Part shown: positions 9,300-19,700 of the stretch, in pieces
How positions within the stretch are numbered: position 1 is the first letter of the stretch
Layout: the number at the start of each line of letters is the position of its first letter
Assembly: GCA_946533175.1 (NCBI GenBank)
Contig: CAMNBS010000001.1
Coordinates: 35,316 to 99,315 of the forward strand
DNA length: 64,000 nt
Reading direction: 5' to 3'
DNA from: an uncultured Clostridia bacterium
Lineage (GTDB): Bacteria > Bacillota_I > Bacilli_A > RF39 > UBA660
Made by a program: the position numbers and the translations under genes
The notes under the pieces: generated by a model
Told to the model about the DNA's origin: nothing
The model's database searches: none
Seen by the model: only the letters and a program-made list of their open reading frames with translations

Positions 9300-10473
9300 C
9301 TTTTTCTTGAACATTGATTTCAAGTAATTTATCTTTAAGTTCCTTTTCAAGTTGTTCAAGTTCTTTTTCAGATTCTTGACGTTTAATTCGTCCATTTTGG
9401 TGAATTTCAATAACTTTATCAATTGTTTCCACAATATCTTGATTAGTCTTACGAATCGTTTCAATATCCACAATTGCGCGTTCTGATTCTTCAGCAATTT
9501 TAATTGAACCTTGTTTTAATGTTTCACTATTTTTCTTTAACATATCATTAGTAAGTTTTGATACAGCTTGTTGATTTTTAAGAGCTTTTTGGGCATTATT
9601 AATGCCAAGAGCAAGAACCATTTGATTCTTCCATAAAGGAATCGTATTTGTAATTGAACTTTGTATTTTTTCTACTAATTCTGCATCATTATTTTGTAAA
9701 AGTCTTATTTGTGGTGCCATTTGAATAGAAATCATTCTAGTCGTTTTTAAATCATATATTTTCTTTTCTAAACGATTAATAATTGCTTCCATATCTTGAA
9801 CCTTTTGTATATCTAAATGTTCTCCTGATTCTTCAGCTATCTTTTTTAATTTAGGTAGTTCAACTTCATTAAGTTCTTCTATCTTCTTTTCACCAGCAAT
9901 AATATATAAAGATATTTCTTTAAAATATTCTAAGTTTTTTTCATACATAGTATCAAATAAATTAATATCTTTTAACATTTGTAACTTATCTTTTTCAAGA
10001 CCATTTTCTATTGTGCCAATATTTTTTTCAATTTTATTATATTTGGCAATTAATTTATCAAACTCTCTTTTAGCAGTGGAAAATAGTTTTTCTAATAAAG
10101 ATCTCCTTTGATTATCATCAATAGCTTTATCAAAAGATTTAATTTCAGCAACTAAACTACCTAATAACTCTCCAACTTCACCAGTATCTTTTGTACGAAC
10201 ACTTTCTAAAACAGTATCTGAAAATTTAGAGATTTTTTCTTGTGCAGGAGCACCAAATTGTAATATCTGAGTTTGATCATAAACATTAATCTCATTATTG
10301 AACTTTTCAATTGCTTTTTTTTCTTCTTCGCTTAAATTATCATAATTAAGTGATTTTTCAATTTTAGCATCTGTTACTTTCTTTTCATCTACTAACTTTT
10401 CTAAATCTTCCTTTTCTTGATTACTCGTTTTAACTAATTTTAATTCCATTTTTTTCCTCCTATTTAAGACCAT
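9295..10473 (-). CDS. telA: Toxic anion resistance protein, TelA family (YaaN/YceH-like)
   Basis: Architecture and motifs of Bacillus TelA homologues: QILQFGAPAQEKISKFSDTVLESVRTKDTGEVG, LYIIAGEKKIEELNEVELPKL, QIRLLQNNDAELVEKIQSSITNTIPLWKNQ, C-terminal EKELEQLEKELKDKLLE. Confidence 0.8.
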   Translation of the reverse strand: MVLNRRKKMELKLVKTSNQEKEDLEKLVDEKKVTDAKIEKSLNYDNLSEEEKKAIEKFNNEINVYDQTQILQFGAPAQEKISKFSDTVLESVRTKDTGEVGELLGSLVAEIKSFDKAIDDNQRRSLLEKLFSTAKREFDKLIAKYNKIEKNIGTIENGLEKDKLQMLKDINLFDTMYEKNLEYFKEISLYIIAGEKKIEELNEVELPKLKKIAEESGEHLDIQKVQDMEAIINRLEKKIYDLKTTRMISIQMAPQIRLLQNNDAELVEKIQSSITNTIPLWKNQMVLALGINNAQKALKNQQAVSKLTNDMLKKNSETLKQGSIKIAEESERAIVDIETIRKTNQDIVETIDKVIEIHQNGRIKRQESEKELEQLEKELKDKLLEINVQEKE

Positions 10474-11641
10474 TAATTAAAGCATTATATTCATTCATTT
10501 TAAGTCCTGATATTGTACTTGTTATTTCTTGTGGTACTGGAATACCTATTTTAGATACATCATATTTACCACCTGTTACACCCGTTCTAAATCCATATTT
10601 TTCCCAAGCAATTTGCTGAATACGATCATTTTCTTCAAAAGCTTTATAAAGAATTTCACCTTCTTCAGTAAAATACATATAGCAGTGATTATTCCATGAT
10701 GTTGGTTTTGGATAAAGAATCCTGATTCGATCTTTTACTTGTTCAAATCCCTTTGGATTTGAATTAGAAAAATCAATAATACTCTTTTCATAATCAACAA
10801 TTATTTTTTGAGTTCCCATACCAGCTCGTAAATATTCTTGAAATAAATCGGCTGGTGTAAAACGCATATTACCAGATTTAATATACAACTCTTTTAGTTT
10901 TGGCATATTTGCCTTTACATTAGCTTCAGTTATTTCACCATGAGATAAAATACCAAGTAATAATCCATAGTAAGTAGCTCCTGGACTAGATTTTACTGGA
11001 TCAATTGATGAAATACCAACATTACCATATATATCATCAGAAACCCCAAGTTCGCTCCATTTTTTACCATTTAAGATATAACTTACTAATTTTTCCATAT
11101 CTTTGACATAATAAATTCCATCTTTTTCTTCCGCTAAATTATTAGCAATTAAGGCATCAACAATTTTATCCCAACTATAAAAAACAATTGGCGTATTTAG
11201 AGTTAATCCTCCACCTAAAACAGTATATCTTTCAGCCTCTCCTTCTAGTGGACGTTGTTTATAATAGTCATAATATCGAATATCCGAAGTAAACAAAGCA
11301 TCATATTTTGTAACATCTGGACTATTAATAGTAAATTTTTCTCCATTACTCATACGATTAATTATACTTTGATTACCTAATCCAATAGTTTCACGAATTA
11401 AAGGACTAGATACTGTTTTACTATTACTCCAAGTATCAAAAACAACATTAAGTTTATATTCTTTTCGTAAAATTTCTAATACTTCCTCATCTTTTAGAAA
11501 ATCTTCTTTTCCACCACCAGTAGCAACATATATTGTTGTTAAATTACTATTTAATACTTCATTACCAAAATTCTTATATAAAATAATTGCCAGAATTAAA
11601 ACAATTAATATAACAATACCAATTATTCGCTTTTTATTCAT
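10460..11641 (-). CDS. Hypothetical membrane-anchored extracytoplasmic protein (N-terminal TM, ~370-aa ectodomain, possibly PBP-like fold)
   Basis: Start placed at MNKKRIIGIVILIVLILAIIL (ATG 11641), which overlaps the stop of the upstream gene by 8 nt (translational coupling). A single N-terminal TM helix. No family recognised. Confidence 0.5.
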   Translation of the reverse strand: MNKKRIIGIVILIVLILAIILYKNFGNEVLNSNLTTIYVATGGGKEDFLKDEEVLEILRKEYKLNVVFDTWSNSKTVSSPLIRETIGLGNQSIINRMSNGEKFTINSPDVTKYDALFTSDIRYYDYYKQRPLEGEAERYTVLGGGLTLNTPIVFYSWDKIVDALIANNLAEEKDGIYYVKDMEKLVSYILNGKKWSELGVSDDIYGNVGISSIDPVKSSPGATYYGLLLGILSHGEITEANVKANMPKLKELYIKSGNMRFTPADLFQEYLRAGMGTQKIIVDYEKSIIDFSNSNPKGFEQVKDRIRILYPKPTSWNNHCYMYFTEEGEILYKAFEENDRIQQIAWEKYGFRTGVTGGKYDVSKIGIPVPQEITSTISGLKMNEYNALINGLK

Positions 11642-12254
11642 CTTCATCACCACTTTCCAATATACTCTCATCATATCCATCAGATTTAAGTATAGCATTA
11701 TATACTTTCATTTCTGCTTCAGCATTAGCTATGTCACTTTGATATAAACTATTTAAAATTTTTTTAAAAGACTTATCGGTATCTTTGATAATCCGTTGGC
11801 CATCTTCCATAAACTTTTTACTATCATGACTAGTTAATTTTTGATTTTCAATTTCATCATATCCATCAATAATTTTTACACAAACCGGTAAATAATAATC
11901 TAAGAATTTATTCGATGTTTTATTTTTCAAACCATTCTTTTCAATAAAATCAATTATTTTAGTAGTAGATTTATTAATCTCTTCTAAATTCTTTTGAACT
12001 TCACTACTCTCAATTTTATTAATCATTTCCTTTATATGTTTATTATTTTTTCTAGATACTTCAATTCTTTCTTTAAACGACAATTCTTTTTTTTCTTCAA
12101 CAATCTTAGTTCCGCCACTAACAATTAATTCGGATGCCGCAAAAGATGCAACTCCCATTAAAAGAGCGGGTGGAAGAGCAAGAGATAATCCAAGATAGCC
12201 AACAGCAAAAAAGCTAGCGCCAACAATACTTGATATTATATTTTTATTCTTCAT
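11634..12254 (-). CDS. XpaC-like small membrane protein (two N-terminal TM helices plus a coiled cytoplasmic domain)
   Basis: 206 aa, two N-terminal TM helices, then a charged helical domain. Size and architecture match XpaC, which in Bacillus is encoded next to the TelA homologue yaaN. Confidence 0.4.
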   Translation of the reverse strand: MKNKNIISSIVGASFFAVGYLGLSLALPPALLMGVASFAASELIVSGGTKIVEEKKELSFKERIEVSRKNNKHIKEMINKIESSEVQKNLEEINKSTTKIIDFIEKNGLKNKTSNKFLDYYLPVCVKIIDGYDEIENQKLTSHDSKKFMEDGQRIIKDTDKSFKKILNSLYQSDIANAEAEMKVYNAILKSDGYDESILESGDEDE

Positions 12255-12255
12255 A

Positions 12256-13863
12256 CTAATTATAACCTCTTACCGTTTTAAAGGCATCTAATAAACTATT
12301 CCGTCCATCAAATACTTTTCCATTCGATAATGAAGACATATCATTCAATTGGCTATAACTAGCATCACCAAAAGTAATAGAATAAATAGGTATTTCTTTT
12401 TTTAGCTCATTATATCCTTTTTCTAAATCACTAAAAGAACCAATATTACCAACACCATCTGTCATAATAATAACTGATGAATTATAATTATCATTTTCTT
12501 CTTGTAGTATCTTCATTGCTTCTAAAGCTGCTGGAAATAAAGATGTTGCTCCCATTAACGATTGTTTATTAATTTCATCTAATAAATACTTCGTATTATT
12601 TCCTTTTGCACTCCAAGGCTTATTAACAGATGATCCAAATGCAATAACATCTATTTTATCTTCTTCCGTAAATTGAATCATACTACTATTAGCTTGATCA
12701 CTAAATAAATAAGCCATAGCATCTTTTAAATCATTAATTCCCTTTCCAGACATACTACCAGAATAATCTAAACAAAAAACAACATGAACTGGTTTTTTTA
12801 ATTTAGTTTGATATAAAAGCAACGCCTCTTTAATAACCTCATCACTAGGATACTTCACTGGAGAAATATACTTTGTTGTATCAATTCCCCAATCTTTATT
12901 AAAAATATCACTTGGAGCATTGGTGGTTGTTCCACCATACCAAGTACGTCGTCCTAATTTTAATAAAGTTTCCTGTCCTTCACCACTTAAAATAAAATCT
13001 TGAAGTTTTAAGAAAGCTTCTTTTTTCTTAGCATTTTTATTATCTATATATACTAAAGGTGAATCAGAAATAGTAACACCATCAATAGGATATATAGCAT
13101 ATAATATATCTTTATTTTGTTTTGTTAATTCCTTATTAATATTAATTATTGATGCCTCATATGTAAAAGCTGCATCATAGTCACCATTGATAAAAGATTT
13201 TTCAAGAAAGTCTTCATCTCCGCTTGTTCTCTTAAGACCAGAGAAAAAACTTTTCAAATCATTTTGTAGTGCAATACTTTTTAAATCTTTACTAGTTAAT
13301 ACATCTGGATTACCCGCTAAAGTACTTAAAATATTTAAATAACTAGAGGCTCCACTATTAGTTGTTACAGGATTAGCCATACTAAAGGTTAATTTACCAG
13401 ATTTAATTAATTCTAGTAATTCCTTCATAGTAACATTTTTACCAATTAAACCTAACTCTTTAGCCTTAGCTTTTTTTATTCCAAAAGTAACAGGTGTAAT
13501 ACTTGTTGACTTTAATTCACTTGTAGAAACATTTTTAATCATATTTAACCAAATAGAATTACTAGCCCAAATAGCATCATACTTTTCACCAGTATTAATC
13601 TTATCAACTATTTCTAAATTATCTGCATAAACAACTTGAACCTTAATACCATTTTCAGATAAATACTTTTTCATTGTTTCTTCTAATACTTTATTTTCAG
13701 GAGTTGTTATTAAACTAAACGTATTATCACTATAGACATATTCATCATTATTTTCATATTTATTAATTATTTTATTAATTGTTTTTAAGATAAATGATGA
13801 TCCAAAATAAATAATAACAATTACTATTAAAATTGACCAAAAATTAAACTTACTTTTATCCAT
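12256..13863 (-). CDS. Membrane-anchored fusion: N-terminal TM, PstS/ModA-like solute-binding-fold domain, C-terminal von Willebrand factor A (vWA) domain
   Basis: N-terminal TM (FWSILIVIVIIYFGSSFIL). Central region resembles type-2 periplasmic-binding fold. C-terminus has the vWA MIDAS motif VVFCLDYSGSMSGKG plus ...VIIMTDGVGN. Confidence 0.65.
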   Translation of the reverse strand: MDKSKFNFWSILIVIVIIYFGSSFILKTINKIINKYENNDEYVYSDNTFSLITTPENKVLEETMKKYLSENGIKVQVVYADNLEIVDKINTGEKYDAIWASNSIWLNMIKNVSTSELKSTSITPVTFGIKKAKAKELGLIGKNVTMKELLELIKSGKLTFSMANPVTTNSGASSYLNILSTLAGNPDVLTSKDLKSIALQNDLKSFFSGLKRTSGDEDFLEKSFINGDYDAAFTYEASIININKELTKQNKDILYAIYPIDGVTISDSPLVYIDNKNAKKKEAFLKLQDFILSGEGQETLLKLGRRTWYGGTTTNAPSDIFNKDWGIDTTKYISPVKYPSDEVIKEALLLYQTKLKKPVHVVFCLDYSGSMSGKGINDLKDAMAYLFSDQANSSMIQFTEEDKIDVIAFGSSVNKPWSAKGNNTKYLLDEINKQSLMGATSLFPAALEAMKILQEENDNYNSSVIIMTDGVGNIGSFSDLEKGYNELKKEIPIYSITFGDASYSQLNDMSSLSNGKVFDGRNSLLDAFKTVRGYN

Positions 13864-13866
13864 ACT

Positions 13867-14718
13867 TTATCCTTTCATTATATATGTAACGTAATATTCT
13901 TCATACGTAATACCTAGCTTATTAATTTCAGTAGCTACTTTTTCACCAACGTAACGAAAATGCCATGGTTCATATTTATAACCAGTTATAAAGGTTTTTC
14001 CTTCCAAATACCTTAATATAAACCCATATTTATATGAATTCTTTATAAGCCAAGCATATTCTTTCGTTCTTTCAAAATGAGCTTTAGAACTTGCTGTATT
14101 AATATCGCTTGCTAACCCAGTTTGATGTTCAGAGGTTCCAGGACGAGCCGAATATGTATCAGCTTTACTAACACCATCACGACTAACATAACTATTATAT
14201 AAATACTTTTGAGTAGCATAACTACGATACCCTGAAACGTTTCGAAGAGATATTCCATCTTTTTTAGCAGCATCAACCATTTTCATAAAGAAAGAAGCAG
14301 CTTCTTTTTGCATTTGCCCACCACCATATTTTCCCGGCAAATTTACTAAGTTTGGAACATAATTACTTTTTAAAGTGTGATACTTATTACATAAAACAAG
14401 TATTCCATCACTCATATCAGTATTTTCCATATTAGTATAAAAACTATGATCTAATCCAATATTAACATAAGTAATAATGGTATCATCATTGTAATCACTA
14501 TGAAGCTTTTTATAGGCCAAATATCGATCATAATATTTTTCAATATAATTAGCATTAACGATATTAAACTCATTACTATGTTCTAAATAAACTGGTTCAG
14601 CATTATATTGCATATTTACCTTTGTTTCTAATTGATGATATACTAAAAATTTCTTCCAAACAAAAATACTAATGAAGATAATAATTAAATATAACAACAA
14701 TAATAATATTTTTTTCAT
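13867..14718 (-). CDS. D-alanyl-D-alanine carboxypeptidase, peptidase M15B (VanY-like), membrane anchored
   Basis: VanY/M15 motifs SGYRSYATQKYLY and ARPGTSEHQTGLASDIN; N-terminal TM. Confidence 0.8.
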   Translation of the reverse strand: MKKILLLLLYLIIIFISIFVWKKFLVYHQLETKVNMQYNAEPVYLEHSNEFNIVNANYIEKYYDRYLAYKKLHSDYNDDTIITYVNIGLDHSFYTNMENTDMSDGILVLCNKYHTLKSNYVPNLVNLPGKYGGGQMQKEAASFFMKMVDAAKKDGISLRNVSGYRSYATQKYLYNSYVSRDGVSKADTYSARPGTSEHQTGLASDINTASSKAHFERTKEYAWLIKNSYKYGFILRYLEGKTFITGYKYEPWHFRYVGEKVATEINKLGITYEEYYVTYIMKG

Positions 14719-14814
14719 TTTTCTTTCCTTGAAACAACTTCACTATATATTATACAGAAATTTAGCATTTTTAACAATAGTTAAGGGTACAAAAAAAGAA
14801 GTATTAATATACTC

Positions 14815-15030
14815 CTATTTTGTATAAGGTAAAAGAGCAATAGAACGTGCTTTCTTAACTTGTTCAGCAATATGTCTTTGATGTTTTGCACATGCACCAG
14901 TTACACGTCTTGGTAATATTTTACCTTTATCATTAACATACTTTTTTAATGTTTCAATATCTTTATAATCAATATCTTTTCCAGTACACATATAGCATAC
15001 TTTCTTTTTCTTTCTAAAAAACTCTGCCAT
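14815..15030 (-). CDS. rpsR: 30S ribosomal protein S18
   Basis: Typical S18 sequence ([12 protein letters not shown]...[22 protein letters not shown]). Confidence 0.9.
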   Translation of the reverse strand: MAEFFRKKKKVCYMCTGKDIDYKDIETLKKYVNDKGKILPRRVTGACAKHQRHIAEQVKKARSIALLPYTK

Positions 15031-15044
15031 TATATCCTCCTTTT

Positions 15045-15533
15045 CTAGAATGGTAATTCACTATCACTAACTTCAATTTTTGCACCAAAGTCAGCAAAAG
15101 GATCACTTCCATCACTAGCTCCTACGCTAGTATTTCCATCATTAGGAAATTCATAAGGGGTAGAATTATTGGAATTATCAAAATCTGTAGCAATACTATT
15201 GTCTTGATTTCTACTTCCACGTGTATCTAAAAATTGAAAGTTTTCAATAATAACATCAGTGGTATATACTTTTTTACCATCAGCGCCATCATAACTACCA
15301 GTTTGAATTCTTCCATCAACGGCAATCTGACTTCCTTTAGTTAAATATTTTTTCATTGTTTCAGCGCGGTTTCCAAAAGCAACAATATTAATAAAATCCG
15401 CTCCTCTTTCTTCACCTTCTCGTTGATATGTTCTATCAACGGCAATACTTGTACGCATCGTAGCAAGATTACTACTAGTATAACGAAGTTCTGGATCTCT
15501 CGTTAATCTACCTATTAAAAATACCTTATTCAT
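15045..15533 (-). CDS. ssb: Single-stranded DNA-binding protein
   Basis: OB-fold N-terminus [19 protein letters not shown], Gly/Asn-rich linker, acidic C-terminal tip DSELPF. Canonical rpsF-ssb-rpsR arrangement. Confidence 0.9.
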   Translation of the reverse strand: MNKVFLIGRLTRDPELRYTSSNLATMRTSIAVDRTYQREGEERGADFINIVAFGNRAETMKKYLTKGSQIAVDGRIQTGSYDGADGKKVYTTDVIIENFQFLDTRGSRNQDNSIATDFDNSNNSTPYEFPNDGNTSVGASDGSDPFADFGAKIEVSDSELPF

Positions 15534-15550
15534 ATCCTTCTCCTAATTCT

Positions 15551-15838
15551 TTAATCTTCTTTTCTTACAACAATATGTCGAATAATATCTTCTGAAATAT
15601 TAGCAATACGATCAAATTCTTTAACAGCTTCCTTATCACAAGTAACTTTAAATAAGAAATAACAGCCATTATTGAATTTTTTTACTTCATATGCTAATTC
15701 ACGTCTACCCATATTAACAACTTCATTAATAGTAGCACCAGCAGCTTCTAAAACCTTCTTCATATTTTCGCATACAGCATTAGTAGCTTCATCTTCTAAA
15801 TTAGGTCTTACAATAAACATAACTTCATAGTTTCTCAT
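15551..15838 (-). CDS. rpsF: 30S ribosomal protein S6
   Basis: MRNYEVMFIVRPNLEDE... typical S6. Confidence 0.9.
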   Translation of the reverse strand: MRNYEVMFIVRPNLEDEATNAVCENMKKVLEAAGATINEVVNMGRRELAYEVKKFNNGCYFLFKVTCDKEAVKEFDRIANISEDIIRHIVVRKED

Positions 15839-15905
15839 TATTTACACCTCCTTTTGGACTAAACGGGCTTATCGCCAAGGAGTAATTTCTTACTCGCCAA
15901 ATAAT
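15839..15905 (-). promoter_or_regulatory. Structured 5' leader of the rpsF-ssb-rpsR operon (candidate S6:S18-binding autoregulatory leader) with promoter
   Basis: On the mRNA strand: -35 TTGAAT, 17 nt, -10 TATATT. Then GGCGAGTAAGAAATTACTCCTTGGCGATAAGCC can fold into nested helices (GAGTAA/TTACTC) before the RBS AAGGAGG. Confidence 0.3.
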
Positions 15906-15974
15906 ATAACATAAATTACTTTTTTATTCAATAGTTTTAAAAAAATTCACAATAAATCTATTTTTAAACTAATT

Positions 15975-16012
15975 AAAAAAGTAATGCCAGATAATATAAC
16001 ATTACTTTCTTT
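15975..16012 (-). terminator. Rho-independent terminator downstream of the 240-aa gene
   Basis: mRNA-strand hairpin AAGTAATG-(loop)-CATTACTT followed by a T-run. Confidence 0.5.
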
Positions 16013-16016
16013 ATTT

Positions 16017-16739
16017 TTATTTTCCTCTTCCTTTTTCAACAATATTATCTAAAATAACCATTTGAGCTTCAACAAGAGAATTAATTTTTTCTTTCTTTAA
16101 AAATTCACGTAATTCTTCTAAATCACTTAATTGTACTTTTAATAATGGACGAACTCTTCCTTCCCCACGTATTCCACGTATTCCTCTAGGAAAATCACGA
16201 AGAGATATTTCTGCCTCAATACCTTTAAAAACCCCTTTATCATATTGTTCAACTGCTTTAACTACTATAATAGCATGATTAGGAATAGTAAAAGATGGCA
16301 AGTATTCACTACAAACAATAATGTTTCCCGTTCCTTCATAGTCAAAATCTCCTTCAGCGCGAATTTTCATATCACTGTATGTTTTTTCAGCACCATCCAA
16401 CTTTTCAGATTGAAAAGTAGAAAAATATGTATCTAAAGAGAAACGGCAAGCTCCTTTATATTCACTATCACTTTTGTAGCTACTATCTTCAAGGCGGGTT
16501 ACGGTTAATCCTTCACCATCAAAACTTGTTTCATTAACTTCGTTATATACTTCACCCCAATGATCAGAATTAAAGTGTCTTTTTCCTCCTGATACTGTCA
16601 TTTGTAAACGTCGATGAGCAATAATAGCATCTTTAACAAATTCAGGTATTTCTAAACTATTATTATCAACGACAGTATTAACTCTTAATAATTTCTCTAA
16701 TCTTGCAAGTTCATTTTCAACATTCATAAAATACATCAT
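16017..16739 (-). CDS. Hypothetical cytoplasmic protein (240 aa), no recognised family
   Basis: Long ORF with good coding character; Gly/Arg-rich GIRGIRGEGRVRP segment; no motif recognised. Confidence 0.45.
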   Translation of the reverse strand: MMYFMNVENELARLEKLLRVNTVVDNNSLEIPEFVKDAIIAHRRLQMTVSGGKRHFNSDHWGEVYNEVNETSFDGEGLTVTRLEDSSYKSDSEYKGACRFSLDTYFSTFQSEKLDGAEKTYSDMKIRAEGDFDYEGTGNIIVCSEYLPSFTIPNHAIIVVKAVEQYDKGVFKGIEAEISLRDFPRGIRGIRGEGRVRPLLKVQLSDLEELREFLKKEKINSLVEAQMVILDNIVEKGRGK

Positions 16740-16813
16740 CCTCTCTACTTATAGGATACAATACATAAATGTTTTAGTCAATTATTATTCTGCTATTTGA
16801 CATATTAAATAAA

Positions 16814-17524
16814 TTATTCTAAAACACTTCGACCAACTTGATATTTCTTATCATAAATAGTAACTTTTCCACTATTATTACAGATTAAAAGTAAAATATC
16901 TTTAACATCTTGATAGCCATTATCCTTTATTTGTTTCATTAACCATTTCTTATCTTTACCAAAGGCTTTTAAATTGTTTTCCATAATATTTCCATCAATA
17001 ATTAAATTAGCTGTTAAACCGTTTTCTTTAATTTTTATATCTATATCATTAACTTTTACTGGAGCATATATTGATTTTGGTAAAAAAGTTACTTTACCAC
17101 TTACTTCCATAATTGCATAATCTATTTCAGATAGATCAAAATAGCCATCTTCTCTAGCATCTTGTAATAAATCATTTAAATCAAGTTTTACTCTTTTTAA
17201 CTGTCCCATACTAATTTTTCCATGTTCCATTAATACAATTGGAACCCCAGAGATAAATCTACGAGCTATAATACTTTTAGTTGTAATAAATGAAACTAAT
17301 AGTGAAACAAGCCCATATATACTCATAGCAATAAAAGCATTAAGCATTGTAATATCCTTATTTATAGTCATTTCCGCCGCTATATTACCAAGACTAATCC
17401 CAATAACATAATCAAAAATATTTAATTGACTAATTTGCTTTTTTCCCATTATTTTAATAACAAAAAACAAAAATATTAATGAAGTAAATCCTTTAATAAT
17501 AACATCAATTGTTCCATTAAACAT
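16814..17524 (-). CDS. DUF421 (YetF/YrbG-type) membrane protein
   Basis: N-terminal TM pair plus the DUF421 signature ...GKKQISQLNIFDYVIGISLGNIAAE... Confidence 0.7.
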   Translation of the reverse strand: MFNGTIDVIIKGFTSLIFLFFVIKIMGKKQISQLNIFDYVIGISLGNIAAEMTINKDITMLNAFIAMSIYGLVSLLVSFITTKSIIARRFISGVPIVLMEHGKISMGQLKRVKLDLNDLLQDAREDGYFDLSEIDYAIMEVSGKVTFLPKSIYAPVKVNDIDIKIKENGLTANLIIDGNIMENNLKAFGKDKKWLMKQIKDNGYQDVKDILLLICNNSGKVTIYDKKYQVGRSVLE

Positions 17525-17547
17525 AATATCACCAATATTATTTTGGA

Positions 17548-17580
17548 ATTAATACAATTAATTATACAAAAAAATTCCTA
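17548..17580 (-). terminator. Terminator hairpin after clpB
   Basis: ATTCCTAT-ATTA-ATAGGAAT inverted repeat followed by a T-run on the minus strand. Confidence 0.5.
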
Positions 17581-17582
17581 TA

Positions 17583-19682
17583 TTAATAGGAATTTTTTAT
17601 AAATAAACTTTTATCATAATCAAAAGTAACTACTTCACCATATTTTATTTCACCAGATATTATTTTTTCCGCAATCATATTCTCAATTGTTTGAGATACA
17701 ACTCTTTTAAGTGGTCTTGCTCCATAGTTAACATCGTAACCAATATCCACTAAATAATCTTTTGCTTTATCTGTTAGTTTAATACGAATATTTTTATCAT
17801 GTAACCATTCTTCAAGTTCTTTAATAATCTTATCTAATATTTGATATATTGTTTCTTTACTTAATGGTTTGAAGACAACTATCTCATCTATACGATTAAT
17901 AAACTCTGGTCTAAAAGTATGTTGAAGTTCTTCTATTACTTTAGCAGTATTGCCATTAATAGCATATTCACTACCTAAATTACTTGTCATAATAATAATT
18001 GTATTTTTAAAATCAACTGTTCGACCATTGGAATCCGTTATACGTCCATCATCCAATATTTGTAATAATAAGTTTAATACTTCTGGATGAGCCTTTTCTA
18101 TTTCATCAAATAAAACAATACTATAAGGATTACGTCTTACAGCTTCTGTAAGTTGTCCACCTTCCTCATATCCTACATATCCTGGAGGCGAACCAATAAG
18201 ACGTGATACACTAAATTTTTCCATATACTCAGACATATCAATTCTTACCATATGAGTTTTATCATCAAACAGTTCATAAGCAAGTGTTTTAGCTACTTCT
18301 GTTTTACCAACACCTGTTGGTCCTAAAAAGATAAATGATCCAATAGGACGATTAGGATCCTTAATACCAGCTCGTGATTTAATAATAGCTTGACTAACTA
18401 GTTTTAAAGCTTCATCTTGCCCCATTACATTTTCTTTCATTTTATCAAACAAATGTAACAATTTTTCTCTTTCACCACTCATTAATTTAGAAATAGGAAT
18501 ATTTGTCCATTTTGATATAACTTGAGCGATATCTTCTTCATTAACTGTATCACTTAATAAACGATTTTCAGAATTATGTTTTAACTCTTCCAATTCCTTT
18601 TCAAGTCTTGGTATTTCACCATGACGATATCTAGCAGCCGTTTCTAAATCATAATTATTTTCTGCTGTTTCTAAAGTAAATTTAGCTTTTTCTAATTCGC
18701 TCTTTTTAGCTTTTATTTTATCATTAATACCCTTTTCTTTTTCCCATGATTCTTTAAGTTTTGCTTCATCTTGTTTTAAAGTATATAGTTTATCTTCAAT
18801 TTGTTGTAAACGCTTTTTACTAAATTCATCTGTCTCTTTTTTTATTGCTTGTCTTTCAATTTCAAGAGATAATATCTCTCTTGTTAAAGTATCAAGTTCA
18901 ATAGGAACAGAATCCATTTGTACTCTTATTGTGGCACAAGCCTCATCAACTAAATCAATCGCTTTATCAGGTAAATAACGATCGGTTATATAACGGTTAG
19001 ATAAAGTAGCTGCACTAATTAAAGCTTTATCGGTAATGCTTACACCATGATGAATTTCAAATCTTTCTTTTAATCCACGAAGAATAGTTATAGTATCTTC
19101 AACCGTTGGTTCACTAACTTTAATCTTTTGAAAACGACGCTCTAAAGCACCATCTTTTTCAATATATTTACGATATTCATTTAAAGTAGTTGCTCCAATA
19201 ACATGTATTTCTCCTCTAGCTAACATCGGCTTTAAAATATTACCAGTATCCATCGCTCCTTCAGCAGAATTACCCACAATCATGTGAATTTCATCAATAA
19301 ACATGATGATATTACCTTCACTTTTCTTTATTTCATTTAAAACATTTTTAAGTCGCTCTTCAAATTCACCACGATATTTAGCTCCAGCAACTAAAGCTGC
19401 TAAATCCAATTCCCAAATAGTTTTATTCTTCAAAGAATTAGGAACATCTCCTTTGGTTATACGATTAGCAAGTCCTTCTACTATAGCGGTTTTACCAACA
19501 CCAGGTTCTCCAATTAAAACCGGATTGTTTTTAGTTTTTCTTGATAAAATACGTGTGATACTTCTTATTTCTTCATCTCGCCCAATTACTGGATCAATTT
19601 TGCCATCGCGTGATGCTTTTGTTACATCACGGCCATATTTTTCAAGAACATTTTCTTCTTTTTGATTTTCTTGATTATACAT
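17583..19682 (-). CDS. clpB: ClpB-type disaggregase lacking the N-terminal domain (two AAA+ modules plus long coiled-coil M-domain)
   Basis: Begins at the linker ...[27 protein letters not shown]. Walker [16 protein letters not shown] and [12 protein letters not shown]. About 120-aa coiled-coil M-domain. Start moved to the ATG at 19682 (RBS GAGGTGA 5 nt upstream); the track's first codon is GTG. Confidence 0.85.
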   Translation of the reverse strand: MYNQENQKEENVLEKYGRDVTKASRDGKIDPVIGRDEEIRSITRILSRKTKNNPVLIGEPGVGKTAIVEGLANRITKGDVPNSLKNKTIWELDLAALVAGAKYRGEFEERLKNVLNEIKKSEGNIIMFIDEIHMIVGNSAEGAMDTGNILKPMLARGEIHVIGATTLNEYRKYIEKDGALERRFQKIKVSEPTVEDTITILRGLKERFEIHHGVSITDKALISAATLSNRYITDRYLPDKAIDLVDEACATIRVQMDSVPIELDTLTREILSLEIERQAIKKETDEFSKKRLQQIEDKLYTLKQDEAKLKESWEKEKGINDKIKAKKSELEKAKFTLETAENNYDLETAARYRHGEIPRLEKELEELKHNSENRLLSDTVNEEDIAQVISKWTNIPISKLMSGEREKLLHLFDKMKENVMGQDEALKLVSQAIIKSRAGIKDPNRPIGSFIFLGPTGVGKTEVAKTLAYELFDDKTHMVRIDMSEYMEKFSVSRLIGSPPGYVGYEEGGQLTEAVRRNPYSIVLFDEIEKAHPEVLNLLLQILDDGRITDSNGRTVDFKNTIIIMTSNLGSEYAINGNTAKVIEELQHTFRPEFINRIDEIVVFKPLSKETIYQILDKIIKELEEWLHDKNIRIKLTDKAKDYLVDIGYDVNYGARPLKRVVSQTIENMIAEKIISGEIKYGEVVTFDYDKSLFIKNSY

Positions 19683-19700
19683 ACATATCACCTCACCAAT

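Noticed and set aside
9228-9497. 89-aa minus-strand ORF overlapping the telA 3' end
   Set aside because: Out of frame with TelA and covers the terminator and DnaA-box palindrome. Lys/Asn-rich translation is typical of AT-rich non-coding frames.
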